64,000 bases of DNA, from positions 156,644-220,643 of the forward strand of contig QPMI01000102.1 in NCBI GenBank assembly GCA_004431415.1. Direction: 5' to 3'. The notes beneath the pieces are model-generated. The model worked only from the letters and a program-made list of their open reading frames with translations. It did no database searches and was not told the origin of the DNA. Both the position numbers and the translations under genes were made by a program. Below, one piece after another: positions 24,369 through 37,207 of this stretch (positions within the stretch are counted from its first letter, which is position 1; each line of letters begins with the position of its first letter). Origin of the DNA: Cyanophora paradoxa CCMP329 (Eukaryota > Plantae > Glaucophyta).

Positions 24369-25094
24369 TCAGCTGCAATCGATATTATATTCACTGCCGA
24401 TCCCCTGCAGCTGCAAGAACGGGCAGCAAGCAGGCCACTTTGTCGGGGATTTATCGGTGGAATAGCGAGACCTGTCCCAGACCCAGTCTCTGCAATAAAC
24501 GCCCACGTCCTGCTTGGATGGCCGCCTCGCCGGGGGCAGCACGAACGGCACGTCGTCGCCGATCACCGTTGCAGTGGCCGAGCCCGGCGGGGACGTGCCG
24601 GCGCTGCTCGTGAGGGTTGCGTTGCATCTAATTTCACCCGCTGTCTTCGCAAGAAGGGTCACATCTGCCGCAACTTGCGACGTACGCGAGGGGAGGCTGT
24701 CCTCGAAATACGTCTGGATGGTCTGCTGCGTCGAGTACGCGGTGATGTGGGCCTCGATGCGAGCGCGCGAGGAGAAGATTACATCGACGGTCGCCGTGCT
24801 GAAATAATCGTCGAAGTTGAAGTACCCGTCAGGAACAACCGAGGGACCGCAGACAATATTGGCAGTCGTGGGGACCGCATCGCCGCTCCACACGTTGAAG
24901 ACGAAGACGCGCAGGGACTGCTGATATTGCCTGAACTGGCCCCAGTCCGTCGAAGTGATGAATACAATGGGCTCCGCGGGCAGAGACTGGCGGAGAGGGA
25001 CGAACGGTCCCCGAGCTCGCATCGATATCGGCGATGATCGTCGGCGCTGGCGAGACACGGCCGATGAAGCGCACGCCCCTTTCTGCAGCTCCAT
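24369..25094 (-). CDS. Unknown protein, probably the last exon(s) of a spliced gene
   Basis: 241-codon ORF with coding-like codon use, a beta-rich middle and a Cys/Trp-rich C-terminus. Upstream exons are likely but unresolved. Confidence 0.45.
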   Translation of the reverse strand: MELQKGACASSAVSRQRRRSSPISMRARGPFVPLRQSLPAEPIVFITSTDWGQFRQYQQSLRVFVFNVWSGDAVPTTANIVCGPSVVPDGYFNFDDYFSTATVDVIFSSRARIEAHITAYSTQQTIQTYFEDSLPSRTSQVAADVTLLAKTAGEIRCNATLTSSAGTSPPGSATATVIGDDVPFVLPPARRPSKQDVGVYCRDWVWDRSRYSTDKSPTKWPACCPFLQLQGIGSEYNIDCS

Positions 25095-26130
25095 TCACGT
25101 AGAACATTGATATGTTTTACATGTGCCGTGGTGTATCAATGCGACGTCCTTTTTTTGCGAAAACAAAGCTCGCCAAGTCGTTCGGTAGAGGTAGGTTCTA
25201 GGGGATACTTCGCCTGCGAAAAGCTGCTCGGGCCGCAACACTGTGACACGTTCAAGCTCACAGCGGGCTCCACCGGTTCACAGCGGGCGAGGCGGGGCGG
25301 GGCCGGAGCCCCCTCCAACCCCTCCGCCCCCAGCGCACCTCAGCGCTAGCGGAGCCCGGCGAAGCCCTTCGGAGCCCGCGGCCGGCGAAGCCCAGCGCTA
25401 GCGGCGCGTTGCAGCGGTACACAGCGGGCGGGGCAGGGGCAATAATCACGTCTCCAGAAATTCGGCATGCCTCACCAGACCGGCGTGCATCTGGACAGCG
25501 CGCCGCGCGCCCCACCCTCTGCCCCGCCCTACCAGGCCCAACAGGTTTCACAGCGGCCAGCCCGTTACCCCTTCCGAAGGACTTCGCAGGCGTAGATCTA
25601 GACGGACTGCGTGAGACAGTCGCCAATTCGTTCATTGGTGTACTATGTATACGTGACGGCCATCGCCAGGGACTGGCAGGGCCGGGCGCCTCATGCCATG
25701 ATCAGGGAGTTCGCTGCCATTCGAATATTATTTCGACAAGATTGTACATATTCATATCGACTGATCTCAATCTAGATTGTATGGGAAGACTGATTATGAT
25801 AGGAGCTGATCCGACAAAGCCAACGTCGACGTCGACGCCGATAAGGTTAGACGCCAACTTTCGAGGTTTGCAAGATCGAGAAGATATGAAGTACGAAAGA
25901 AATGCTACGTTTACGGCAGAGAGAATGTAAATGTATCCATACAAACTTCGAGTCGATTGAATTAACGTTAGAGATCGACTCGTAAACAGAAGAGAATTTC
26001 GAAAGTGTACGATTCGGAAAGCATGCCTTGCAACCGCACACGAATGTACTGCATTCGAGAGTAGGTCTTTCATGTAAAGCCTTGAATTTCACTGAACGTT
26101 GCAGCGGCCGGCCGTGCCGAAGACTGGGGC

Positions 26131-29100
26131 CTACACCTTGAGGCGGCTGAGGAAGCGCAGCTTCAGGGTGAAGAAGGGCGCCTTCTCCTTCCCGTGCGGT
26201 CCGTCCTCGAACTCGGCCGGCTGCAGCTGCTTGAGCTTGGCGCTCTGCCCGAGCCCGAGGGCGTTGGCGGGGTCGACCTTCCCGAAGTACAGCAGGTCCA
26301 GCAGATTTTGCAGCTGCGCCTTCGCCTGCGGATTCCAGGGCGCGCGCGCGCGCGTGAGCGCAGATGCAGATCTAGAGCTCCCAGCGCAGCAGAGGTCGCG
26401 CTGGCGCTTCTCGGGGCTGCCGATACTGCGGCGCGCACCAGGGCAATGTACAGTTCCTTGGTGCGACGGGAGAGGAGGCAGAAGGGCTTGATGTAGAGGG
26501 CGGGGAGGGTGGGCGGGTCCGCGTATAGTTGGGATTTCGGCATCTTTTCCAGGTCGTCCAGCTCCTCGTCCGACGGGGCGAGGCAGCCGGCGTTGATGAG
26601 GCGGCGGCAGAACTCCGCGTGCTTCGACTGCGCCAGCAGGTCTGCTCGCGGCGCCGGGATTGGGAATCGGTCAAAGATCACGAGAGGCGGGCGGCCGCGG
26701 GCGGAGGCAATTGCAAGACGCACATGGCAGCTCGGACATGATACGCTCCTTGTGCTTCTCGAAGCGCGCGGCGCTCTTCTCGTCGTCGGTGTTGGAGGCG
26801 CTCACGCGACCCAGGTGGTACCTGATTAAACTTCAATACGAGCGAGCAAGTTCATGCATTCAAGGAGGCGAATCGGCGAGTCGCACCCGCAGGCGGCGAT
26901 CTTGCGGAGGTACTCGACGGGGTCGTCCCAGCACATTGCCTTGAGGTACCGCCCCATGGTGATCGCCGCCTGGTTGGTCCCCTCCTCGCTCCCGATCGAG
27001 TCGTCGGGGTTCTCCCTCGACTCCTCGACTAGATCGCTGTGCCCGAATTGAGGTAACCGGTCAACTTAAATTCAAATGCTCAAATAGTAGTAAAGGGGAT
27101 TAGAATTCGAAGCGGTGATATGCGCACAATTCATCCTTGACCTCCTCCGGGAGGTGGACTGGCCCGTAGCGCTGCGGCCAGCGGGTCGCCTTGTTCCATT
27201 CAAACCAGTTCGAAGCCCACGTGAAGCGGATGTTCGGATTTTGTAGGGGGTCCGACGTCCAGACCGGCTTCAAAAAGGCGTTTTGTTTTTCCAGGCGCAT
27301 TTCGGAATCCAAAAATATGAGGGGCCATTGCCAGACTCTGACTTGAAGCCTGCAAGACAGTTGTGAATGATTGTGAACGACGACACTAGGAGAGACCTCC
27401 CGCCCCCTTTTCTACATACATGTTAGCTACATACATAACTATATAACCTTTAACATAGATATATAAGAGTTTGCCTGGACGTCTCTCCTCTCCGCATTTG
27501 TGGGCATGGCGTCCAAATACAATTGAAAATGCGCACCAGTTTTTCACTACGAAATCCACGATCGCAGGGAAGCGGATGGCGGGGTCCTGCCCCGCGAACA
27601 TTAACGTTAGCTGAAGTAATGTAATGAAGCTGAAGTTAGCTGTAATGTAATAACGTAATGTTAATTAACGTTAGCTGAAGTAATGGCGACGATGCGCGCG
27701 TCGGCTCCACGATTGCATAATTTATAGTCAGCAGACCAGCGAGAGGCCGCGAATCTCGCGCGTGTCGATAGGGCGTGGGACGTAGTTCTTCGCCTCGGCT
27801 GCCTCGTCGACGTAGTCGAAGCACTCGAGCGAGAAATCTGACGAAGGGAATTTCAATATTCAGCGGCTCGACCTAGCTGAAGGAGCGCACCGAGGAACAT
27901 GCGCTTCGTCTCGCGGGCCAGAGCGGCTGCGTCGATGCGGGTTCCCAGGATCCACTCCAGGAGACGGCCGATGAGAAAGGTGCGCCGAATCTCGGCCCCG
28001 GCGCGCGCCTCCCACTGCAGCAGCGCCTCCTGGCGCACGAGGTAGCAGAGCTGCGAGAATTTGTAGATTGATATTGTAATCAATTAATCATAATACAAGC
28101 TCCGGAAGGAAGTCGATCGGACCTCGTCGAATCGGAGAGCGTCTGGAAGGATGGATGTCCCGTGCATCTGCTTCAGCTTGTCGCGAAGCGCCGTGATCTT
28201 GTCGGACTTCTCGCGGATCTAGAGAGCGTAATTCTCATTTTAGATAAATGAAGACGCTGGCTTACAATTGGGTACCTTCACTTGAAGATTTAGAATATCT
28301 GCTTTCAATTCTTGGTTCAAGTTGTACTTGACATGCCACTTCGTTTTCGAATTCAAATTCGAATTCGAGTTCTTCTTTGCTTCCTCGAGCGCGATCGCCT
28401 CCAGCTCGTTCAGCTTGTTCAATTGCGACTTTAAGTTCGCCTTCATCCTGATGCGTACGAGATGAGCGTTAAGCCTTTCTGAAGCACGGCGAGTTCGAAG
28501 GCAGATAATGCAATTGCTCAGTTAAGAGAAATAATTTAAGTTGAAGGGGATTTAAGACGTTTTGAATATATGAACGTAGAGCTGCGGGGCGACTCACTGG
28601 TCCAGTTCGATCTCGTCCTTGCCCACCTCCAAGACGGCGTTGACGGCCCACTGATCCAGATTTCCTACGACGCCCGCGCCGCTGACATTCACCCACGCGT
28701 CGGCGTGGCCGTCGACGTCTCCGGAGCCAAAGCTGTCGTTCTCGAACGTGAGGTCGCCCTCCGCCATCACTGCGTTCAGCCTGCGCGAGAATCAGATCAA
28801 GATCAAGAACACGGTCCATGTACTCCTCTGGCTTCAAATTCAGCGATTTGAAGGCAGGCGGCGCACTTCCACTCCTTCATCACGCGGTGGGCCTGCACGA
28901 GCCTTCCGATGAAACCCTCCAGCTGCATGTGCGTGCCCGCGGGTTAGACACATCACCATCGCAGCAGCTCGCGCTCCGGATCCCCGGCCCGAGAATGTAT
29001 TGCAGCGCACCTCTTCCTGAGATATGAGGTAGTGACGTGTCAACCGCCGCAGGAAGTGGCCCAGCCCGCGTCCGGCACGGTTGATTCCTTCAATACCGCT

Positions 29101-30950
29101 CCACTCGAGCTCTTTCTTGCGGCGCTGATTGAAATACGTTTCCCTGTTCCATGCAGACCGAGGTTAGACAAGGGCAAGTCGCCACCACAAGCAAGTCTCG
29201 AACCTCGCCGCGTCCAGGGTCGGGGACATTGCAGTACGCTGGAACCAGGACTGCGATAACGAATCGAGGGCGCGCGTCATGATCAGCTTGGCGGTGCGAA
29301 TGCACGTGCAGACGACAGCGCGTGCGGACCCAGTGGAACGTCTTTGCTGCGAGCTCGAGCGTGAGGGCACCCTCTACTCCGAGCTGGAAAACGTTGGCGC
29401 TGTTAAGGCTGTACATGTCCCACGCGCGTCGCTGATGGCTGCCCTCCGGCTGCCCGCTCGCCATCGTCCGCGGTATTTCTCTCGAGCTCAGGCCGGCTCC
29501 GATCTCCAGGACCTCAAAGTCGATGAAGGCGCCGTGCTTGTTGATGCCGCGCTGCCACACGCGAACGCGAGATGCGCGATTTAATTAGAATTCGAAGCCG
29601 ACAGCATTCAACTTGGCAATTAGCCAAGCGACTGCAAGATTGCGCACGAAGACGGAACGCAGGTGGATCTTCTTCTCCGCTTCGGAAAACAGCTCCGGGT
29701 TGCTCTGGTCTCGTCCCAAGCAGCAGCACAGGTACCTCCTCAGCTCGGTGCGCAGGCGCTTCCAGAAAGATTTTGACTGCTGGTCGCTAAGCGCCAGATC
29801 TTGTAGAAACGCCTCCGCTCCCTCGCTCAAAACCTGGAAGTCGCGATCGACAAAACTTCAGAAGAACCTTCAGGAAGTCGACGAACTAAATTGTTCTAGA
29901 AAGCTGTTCTGGAAAGCTTAAAGAAGCTTCTACTGTTCTAAAATTGCAATTGATCTAATATTAATTGTTCTAGAAGATTAAAAACCGTACGTCGAATATG
30001 AAGCGCATGTGGTGAGGCCGCCCGTTTGCGTACACGCTCCAAACATTGTAAAACTTCCCGGATGCATCGCCACATCGGTGGCCAGACCCCGTGGCAGGCT
30101 CTCCCTTGGAATTCGAAGCCAGATGTTCTTTTACTCGCCCCGTCCCTTGACTGCGAGCCTCTATTGGTATGAAAGGATTGCCTTCGTCATTCTTATCGAC
30201 GAGAACTCCCGCCGGCGACGACCACGGGTTCGCGATGCCTCCACCGTAGAAAGGTTTATCGTGGCGCGAGCTTACGTTGAACCAAATCTGCCGGATTGCG
30301 AGCATGAACACCCGAAGCAGTGCTCACATTTATGTTTCATTTGTATGTGCACGTGCGCGGACCCGGAAACGGTTCGGGCACGTGCATGTCTTTGATGCAT
30401 CGGAGCCGGAGGCAGATTTGGGACCATGGCCACGAGCTCGTCCATTCTTTGGAAGGCTCACGCAATCCTGGACGCGATTCGAATTTGAGATTAAAGCGGT
30501 TAATGTACAATTCGAAATACATTTGAAATCGGCGTCAAGATTCAAATACGCACCAGGTACGAGTACGAATACTTACGGGGGCCGCTTCTGGCGGAGACCA
30601 GCGCTGAGGCGTGCTCGACGGGCTTATCCATGTGGCGGTGCGAATCTTTTCGGGCGTGTTGGACAAGACCAAATCCATCCGCTGTCACGACTGCGCGCTC
30701 GCGCAAGCTTTATGATAAGCTCAAGCTCGATCGCGAGCTAGCGCTCTAGAGCTTCGGATCTCCTCGGCCTGAACGGATTTACCGTCTGGCAGAGATTTGG
30801 CAAACATCTGAAGGCCTGTGCGATTGACTGGTCGATTCCCTTTGAGTTCTGCCCCACTCGTTGCCGATGTGGCAGTTGGATCGGCCCAGGTCACTTTCTC
30901 TAGGATCGTGGTCTGGAGCCCACGTGGTTTCGACGACAAAGTGATCCTGC
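26131..30950 (-). CDS. Multi-exon unknown coding region: either a separate gene or the long C-terminal tail of the polycystin-like gene
   Basis: Series of coding exons flanked by splice sites (e.g. LRTELRRYLCCCLG, MKANLKSQLNKLNELE coiled coil, WASNWFEWNKATRW, AMCWDDPVEYLRKIAA), ending ...TLKLRFLSRLKV* (TAG at 26131). Confidence 0.6.
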
Positions 30951-31045
30951 AGGAATAAACTTAAGTATAGACCGATCGAGCGATAAGGAGCTCGAGAAAG
31001 CTTCTTACGTCGAGTAAAGAGCGTTGCCCATGGGCCATATCGGTC

Positions 31046-34000
31046 CTAGGGCCGTATCATCAAAGGCATATATAGATAGAAGCTTAAGGCGCTAGCGCTG
31101 CAGCTGGGCCGGGGTTCCGATGGTACCATGCTCCTTGATCGTGTCCGACTCTTCCTGCATCTTCTCTTTCGTTTTCCTGGTGGCAAGCGGAAAGTAGGGG
31201 GTTGGAATTCAGCAAGACGCGCGTGCATGTGGAAAGGGGCATTCTCGCCGACCTGTAAATCTCCTCGTAGCTGCACCCAGGAAGAGAGCCACATTAAAAT
31301 ATTATTGAGACAGCGAAGGCAAGCATTCGAAGAATTCGGAAGGGTCGCGCCTCTTGTTGACAATGGCGATGAAGACGTTAGTGAAGATCAGGATAATGAA
31401 TACGACGAAGCACATGAAGAACACGACGCCAGAGCCTCGCGACGTGTCCGCCCACGTCGGGTAATCGAACTGCGGTCCAGATACAATAAGTTCGCGCTTA
31501 TAGTGCGGGTAAACAGCAACGAGCTCGAGATGAAGCGGCGACTTACATCTCCGAGCAGGAAACGGAAGAGGTTCGCATACTGTCAATGAAGAATCAGCAC
31601 ACACCCCGCGCACAACAGAACCGCGCACGCCGATTCGGGACTAAGTGTACACATTATACTTAAAGCAGGCGGGCGTACTGATTCGGTGAAGTTGCGGAAC
31701 TCGAGCACTTGGAAGCCGAACACGATCATCCCGGCGAGGGCAAAGGCCGCAAACAGAAGCAGAATGACGAAGACAAAGCCAATAATACTGGGGTTTGAGT
31801 CACGACTCGAGAATGGCAGACCCGGCTCCGCGCACGCACGGTCGCCAGGCATGCACGATGGTCGACCAGAGGATGTACAGTTGAGGCTCGATGCGGAAGT
31901 ATTTGAAGAGCCTGAACCCGTAAATGACGACCATGACACCTGTGTTTCGAAAGTAAATACATAATTAATATTACAAGCAATGTTATTATGTATATGAGCG
32001 ATATGCTCGAACCCGCAACGTCGGAGACGTCTCGGTTCATGTTCCGAATCTTCTGAAGATTGCTGATTGCGTCTCTGTAGTTCACCGATTGCTCGAGCGT
32101 AATCTACCGCGGAAGATCAAAGCTCAGCCAAGACTTGCTGGCATACTTGAGCATGCATTCGCGCATGTGCATGCATGGGCCACTTACCGCGTTGAAGACG
32201 TTGGTGCTGAGGAAAAAAACATATGAATACACGTATGAACAGTGCGAATTAAAGCAATCGCGTTCTCGAGCTAACGGAACAGCCTCACCTGTAGTCGTAG
32301 TAGAGGACAAACTTGTAACCCAGGTACGCGTGCAGACAGCAGAGCAATGTTTCGATTAGATTCCAGAAGTTCATGAAGTAGTCGAGACGCTGCCGGGCCA
32401 TCTCGAAAAGCTCCCCGAAGACTGCACGTTGGCGCATGCGGCAGCTCCGTTTAGCCACACGACCTCACGTCAGCGAGGAAGGGCTGAGTGCGAACCGATG
32501 GCGATTACCCAGCCCGCGTAGATTGCGAGGAAAATATTCTGGACTGCGAGGAAAATGCATTAAACTCAGCAGCGAGATCCCTTAGGCGCTTTTTCAATCC
32601 AGCGGAACACACAGCGATTTGCGGCGAGAAAGATGTAGACGGGTCGGACGGAATGAGACGGAATGATGAATCCTGATGTCGGCATTTCGAGAAGAAGCTC
32701 GGCAATTGTGTAGATCTGCGTCCGGATCAATTAAAAGTTCACTTCTGAGTGAATCAAAGAGAGCTTATAGTGAACTTACGTTTGTGTGCTTATTGTAGAG
32801 CGCGAAGCTGATTGCAGCGGCTCGCGTGTTGTCTGCAGCACAATCAATTTACGGTACCGCAGTTTGTCTAAACCGCGCAAAACGAAAATTCAAATTTACC
32901 GTCTATCCACCTGGCGTCCTGGAGCGCCTGTATTTCGTCCTGGGCTCGCTTGCGGACCTCCATAGCGTCGCCGGCTTTGCGGTCGATAGCAACATCGATA
33001 ACATGCACGTAGCCGCCCTCCCCGTACGTGTCGATGTAGTCTTGCTGTAGCTGCATTCAGCGATCGAATTGGCGACGAATGCACATGGACAGGTGCACCT
33101 GCATCGTAGACCAGTAGCGAGAGGCACGGAGCTCGCTGAGGTTGTCCGTCCAAGGATAGCTGGGCTTCAATCCTTTCGCAACCTGATCGGCGTATTGCGG
33201 AGCAGTGAATTCGAGCGCCTGCCGATTTTCCGCCTTTCCGCTGTTGAACGCAATTGCAGTGTCAATTTCATTGGATATAACGCGTTGAGATGAGTCGGAA
33301 ATAATCACCTGACACTCCCTGGTCAATTTCGCAAATTCAGCGGTGAACCACCTCGCCGGATCAGTACACGCGCGACCTGTTCAAGACAGGAAACCTACAA
33401 GCCGCGCACAGTCATCATAGCAGACGGACGTTGGCTCGAAGAGTCTTGCCACGACGGATGGATTGAGGCATTGGTCGATGTCCTTGGGACTGATGCGAAC
33501 CTACGCCCAAAGACACAAGACGCACAAAGTGATGAGAGGGGCAGGAGGGGGCAGGGGGGGAGAGGGGGGCGGGAAGGGGGGTGGGATGCATATGGGGGGG
33601 GAGGGGGGAGGGGGCGGGGGGGGGGGGGCGGAGGGGAGGCGAGGGAGGAGGGTGGGGGCGGCGGGGGGGGGGGGGGGGGCGGAGGGAGGCGAGGGAGGAG
33701 GGGTGGGGGCGGCGGGGGGGGTGGGGGCGGAGGGGAGGCGAGGGAGGAGGGGGGGGGCGGCGGCGGGGGGGGGGGGGGGCGGAGGGGAGGCGAGGGAGGA
33801 GGGGTGGGGGCGGCGGCGGGGGGGGGGGGGGGGGGGGGGGGGGAGGGCAGAGAAGGCCGAAGGAGGCAGAGTCCTGAAGCGCAACAGAGAGCGCATATAT
33901 ACGTGCGCAAGACGCCCACCTGACGAATGTCGATCGAGGCCAGGGGGCGCTGGAAGCGGCCGTAGATCTCGGACTCGCCGTCGGCGGGGGTCAGGAGGGG

Positions 34001-35457
34001 GATGAGGACCTCCCTCATCCACTTGTACACGTCCTCGATCGTGTTCGACGCCATAAAGAAGGGGAAGGCCTCTGTCTCTGATACCTTCTGGCCCTGCGGA
34101 TATAGGAGTCGGCGGCGCGCTGGAGAGAGACTTGTCTATCAATTCAAATCAAATCGAATTCGCACCGGCACCGGCTCAAGGTTCAAGAGCCCTGCGAACA
34201 ACATCAATGTCAGAATCGAACATCAATGTTAGCTTTTGATGCGATGCACGCGGAATCGCAAGGGCACCTCCTTTGGCCGACAGCTGGCCCGAGTGCTCGT
34301 AGGCGCGGCTCAGCGGCATGAGCATGATGACCTGTTACTTCTCTCAGAGTGGCGCGGCAGTGGGAACTGGAGCAGGAGCCCGGCCCACGGTTGCGTAGAA
34401 AAGCAGCAGGAACAAGACGAAGAGGACCAGCTCGCGCGTCAGCTTGATCCTGCGCGTTTCGCCAGTATACGTAAATGTGCGCTACTAGTTATGGGATATG
34501 CACACATAGAACTGGTGTTCTTTTCGCTCGAGTTCGACGCGGCCGCGGGCGCACCTCGTGTACGTGAGGTTGAAGAGGCGGGCGCGCTTCAGGTTGAGGC
34601 GAAGAAAGCGGAACCTGTCGCCACAATGTTAACGTTTCACGTTTAGCAACGTTCGCACACGCAGATCTAACTATAGGGCCAGGCGCCGAGTCAAAGGCAC
34701 GCCCGGGGCCGCGCACTCGTGCTCGAGGTGGTCGCGGACGACCTCGGGGGCGTCGAGATCGACCTCGCCCTTGCCGCGGCCGCCGTTCTCGCCGCCTTGC
34801 TGGGCGCGCTTGGGATCTGGCGGAACGGCGACGCACTCGATGTCCCAGTCCTCGTCTATCCCGATGCGTCTAGAAGTCTGGCTGGCCTGCGCATGCATAT
34901 GCGAATCAGGAGTTGCAAACGCAGCTGCAGGCCTAAGTCCGTGCATGCGCACCGCTGCGTTCTCCGCGCCAGCGGTTGTACGCTCTTGCATGCTGCGGTT
35001 ACGCGTGCGGCGCGGTCGACGTCAGCACGATACGTCGCATGCATATGCATATGCATGCACGCGCGGACCGCTCCTGAGCAAGCGCATCCAGTTCCTGCGT
35101 ATGCGCATGCGGGATCGATATGGCCCGGGGTCTGACGTTGTACATGTGGAGCGGGAGGCCTATCGAGTCGAAGCCGCCGCGCGGAGTCTGAATCGGAGTG
35201 ACACTCAGCGACCGAGATTATATATACCTGCACGTATACGTAGATATTTATATGCACAGTCCCGAATGTGCGCGCACCTGCAGCTGGGCGACATGTAAGC
35301 CACCAGACGCGTCCTCATAGTACACGCTCGTGGTCAACGGCATTGGCAGCTGCTCATCGCCGCGATCGTCCTTCCGCGTCCAGTCGAGGCTGCTTTTGAC
35401 ATCAACGTCGGTCGCGGCCTCCAGGTCGTGATCATGATCTGTGCTCTCAGGGTCCAT
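31046..35457 (-). CDS. Polycystin-2 (PKD2/TRPP)-like cation channel, multi-exon
   Basis: TM1 RELVLFVLFLLLFY; TOP-domain motifs SNTIEDVYKWMREVLIP, YGEGGYV, LQDARWID-TRAAAISFALYN; S4-S5 RLFKYFRIEPQLYILWSTI; S5 GFVFVILLLFAAFALAGMIVFG..LEFRNFTES; S6 GVVFFMCFVVFIILIFTNVFIAIVN. The 3' end is not defined. Confidence 0.88.
33534..33850 (+). repeat. G-rich ~50-bp minisatellite inside an intron (33501-33919) of the polycystin-like gene
   Basis: GGCGGAGGGGAGGCGAGGGAGGAGGGGTGGGGGCGGCG(G)n repeated about 4 times. Confidence 0.9.
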
Positions 35458-36799
35458 TCGAAATATTAATGATTATGATGCCGATAACGCTTGCAGTTGC
35501 GCATGCGGCGTTCGCTGCGCAGGTGCAGCCGCTGAGCTGGCAGCGGGCTGCGGTGTGACCAGCGATGACTCGGTGCTACGAGTACGGTACAAGTGAATCT
35601 GCAACCGCGCTAATGCATATGAGAGGCAGACTGGTATGGCCGCGGGCAGCCGTTGAGCCGATTGTGGCGCAGCCCCGCGCGCGACCGCACATGTGCATGC
35701 GCACCGTATATATATACGGAGCGCACGAACCCGCGACGACCGTGGCACAATCGCCGCGACGACGTCCGCTCAGCGGCTCAGCGGCTCGCCGCAGGTGCCG
35801 GCACTCTAAACGTGAAAGTTGATCGTGAAGCCTTGAAGGGCGCCTGAGCCGCGCCTCGGACCTGGCGCCCGCAGCCTGCCCGCAGGGCGTTGGCGCCGCA
35901 ACTTGCCAGGCTTGGCGGCGGGACTCGCCGAAGAGTCGGGGAGGCTTAAGTGCAAGGCAACTTGGCAACTTCCGAAGAAGTTGAAGGCCTAGGCTTGGCC
36001 GGGAAGTTGGCCCCCAGCCTAGGGCACTGGCCGGGGGGGTCTTGCATTGGCCGGCGGCCCAGCCCAAGCCGCCGAAGCTCGGCCGCTGGCCCGGGGCTGG
36101 CCGCCAGCCTCCAGCCAAAACTTGGCCGGCCAGCTGGTGGCCAGCCTCTTGCTAGGACTCCGGGGCTTGGTCGGCCAGGCTGGCCAGCCGGCCAGCCTTA
36201 AAGCCCGCCCTGTTTAATGAAACCCGTGACATAAACCCGCATTTCTAACTGGTTTATGACACCTGTTAATAACAAGCGCTGTTGATATTATCAAGTCTCC
36301 CCCTCAAGCCCCACCCCTATCCTCAAGCCTGCGTCCCAGCCAGTGCCACCGGCCAGCTGGCCGCCCCTTTAAGCCGAAAAGTGCTGGCCCGGCTGGCCGA
36401 CGAATCGGGAGGCTGGGCCAGCCCAAAAGCCTTAAACCTGCCGGCCAGCTGGTCGGCCTGGCCGCCGGCCAGTGCCCTACCCCAGCCAAAGCATTCACTG
36501 TGTCAAGTTTTCAACTTCCGCGGTTCGAAGCTGCGCGCGCTCAGCCGCTGAGCGGCCTCAGCCTAGCTGAGCCTACTACTACTAGTCTACTAGGCTACTA
36601 GTAGCCAGCCCGGCCGCGGGCCGCGGCCCCGGCCGCCGGGCGGTGCCACGGTGAGCGGCACTGACCGCACCGTGGGCCGTGGCACGAATCCCCGGCCCGC
36701 ACGGTGCCCGCGGCCGCAGTGCCGCCGCACCGCGGCGCGGCACCGTGGCAACGGTGGCACGATTCTTCAACTGGCAAGCTTCCGAAGTTCTGTTCGGTA

Positions 36800-37058
36800 C
36801 CGTGTGGCACTAAATTACCGCGGCATAAATTACCGCGTTAGAAACTCCGGCCCGAGGGTGGCCAAAATACCGCGGTACCAAATTACCGCGAATAAGAAAA
36901 CTTGAGGCTATGGGGCGGTTATTGTGGGGGGTACTGTATGGGGCAACTTGGCTGCAGCTAATTACCGCGGCACCAAATTACCGCATTTTAACAAATTCTC
37001 GGCGCGGTAAATTTGTACCGCGGTAATTAAGTGGGCGCGGTATTATAGTGCCACACGG
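36800..37058. mobile_element. 259-bp MITE, Tc1/mariner(pogo)-like
   Basis: TIRs CCGTGTGGCACTA(AATTACCGCG) and (CGCGGTATTA)TAGTGCCACACGG, flanked by TA on both sides (36798-99 and 37059-60). About 8 internal AATTACCGCG motifs in both orientations. Confidence 0.85.
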
Positions 37059-37154
37059 TAAGTCTGGGATCGAATCATCATGAATCCGATCGATATCGTC
37101 ATCGACTCGAGCTTACATGTACAAACAGTACAATGCTCCGACGGTCAGCCGGCC

Positions 37155-37207
37155 TGCTGAGTCAGTGCTGACTCAGTGCTGAGTCACTGCTGACTCACTG
37201 CTGAGTC
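37155..37207. repeat. 11-bp tandem array of TGCTGA(G/C)TCA(G/C), AP-1/ARE-like sites
   Basis: Five consecutive units at 37155, 37166, 37177, 37188 and 37199 (the last is partial). Confidence 0.85.

Noticed and set aside
33395-34142. Poly-Pro/poly-Gly ORFs (also around 10600-10950 and 13000-15000)
   Set aside because: These are read-through of G/C-rich introns; only the flanking exons are coding.
35883-36212. hAT-like element with CAGGGCG...CGCCCTG ends
   Set aside because: Only a 7-bp match and no 8-bp target-site duplication.
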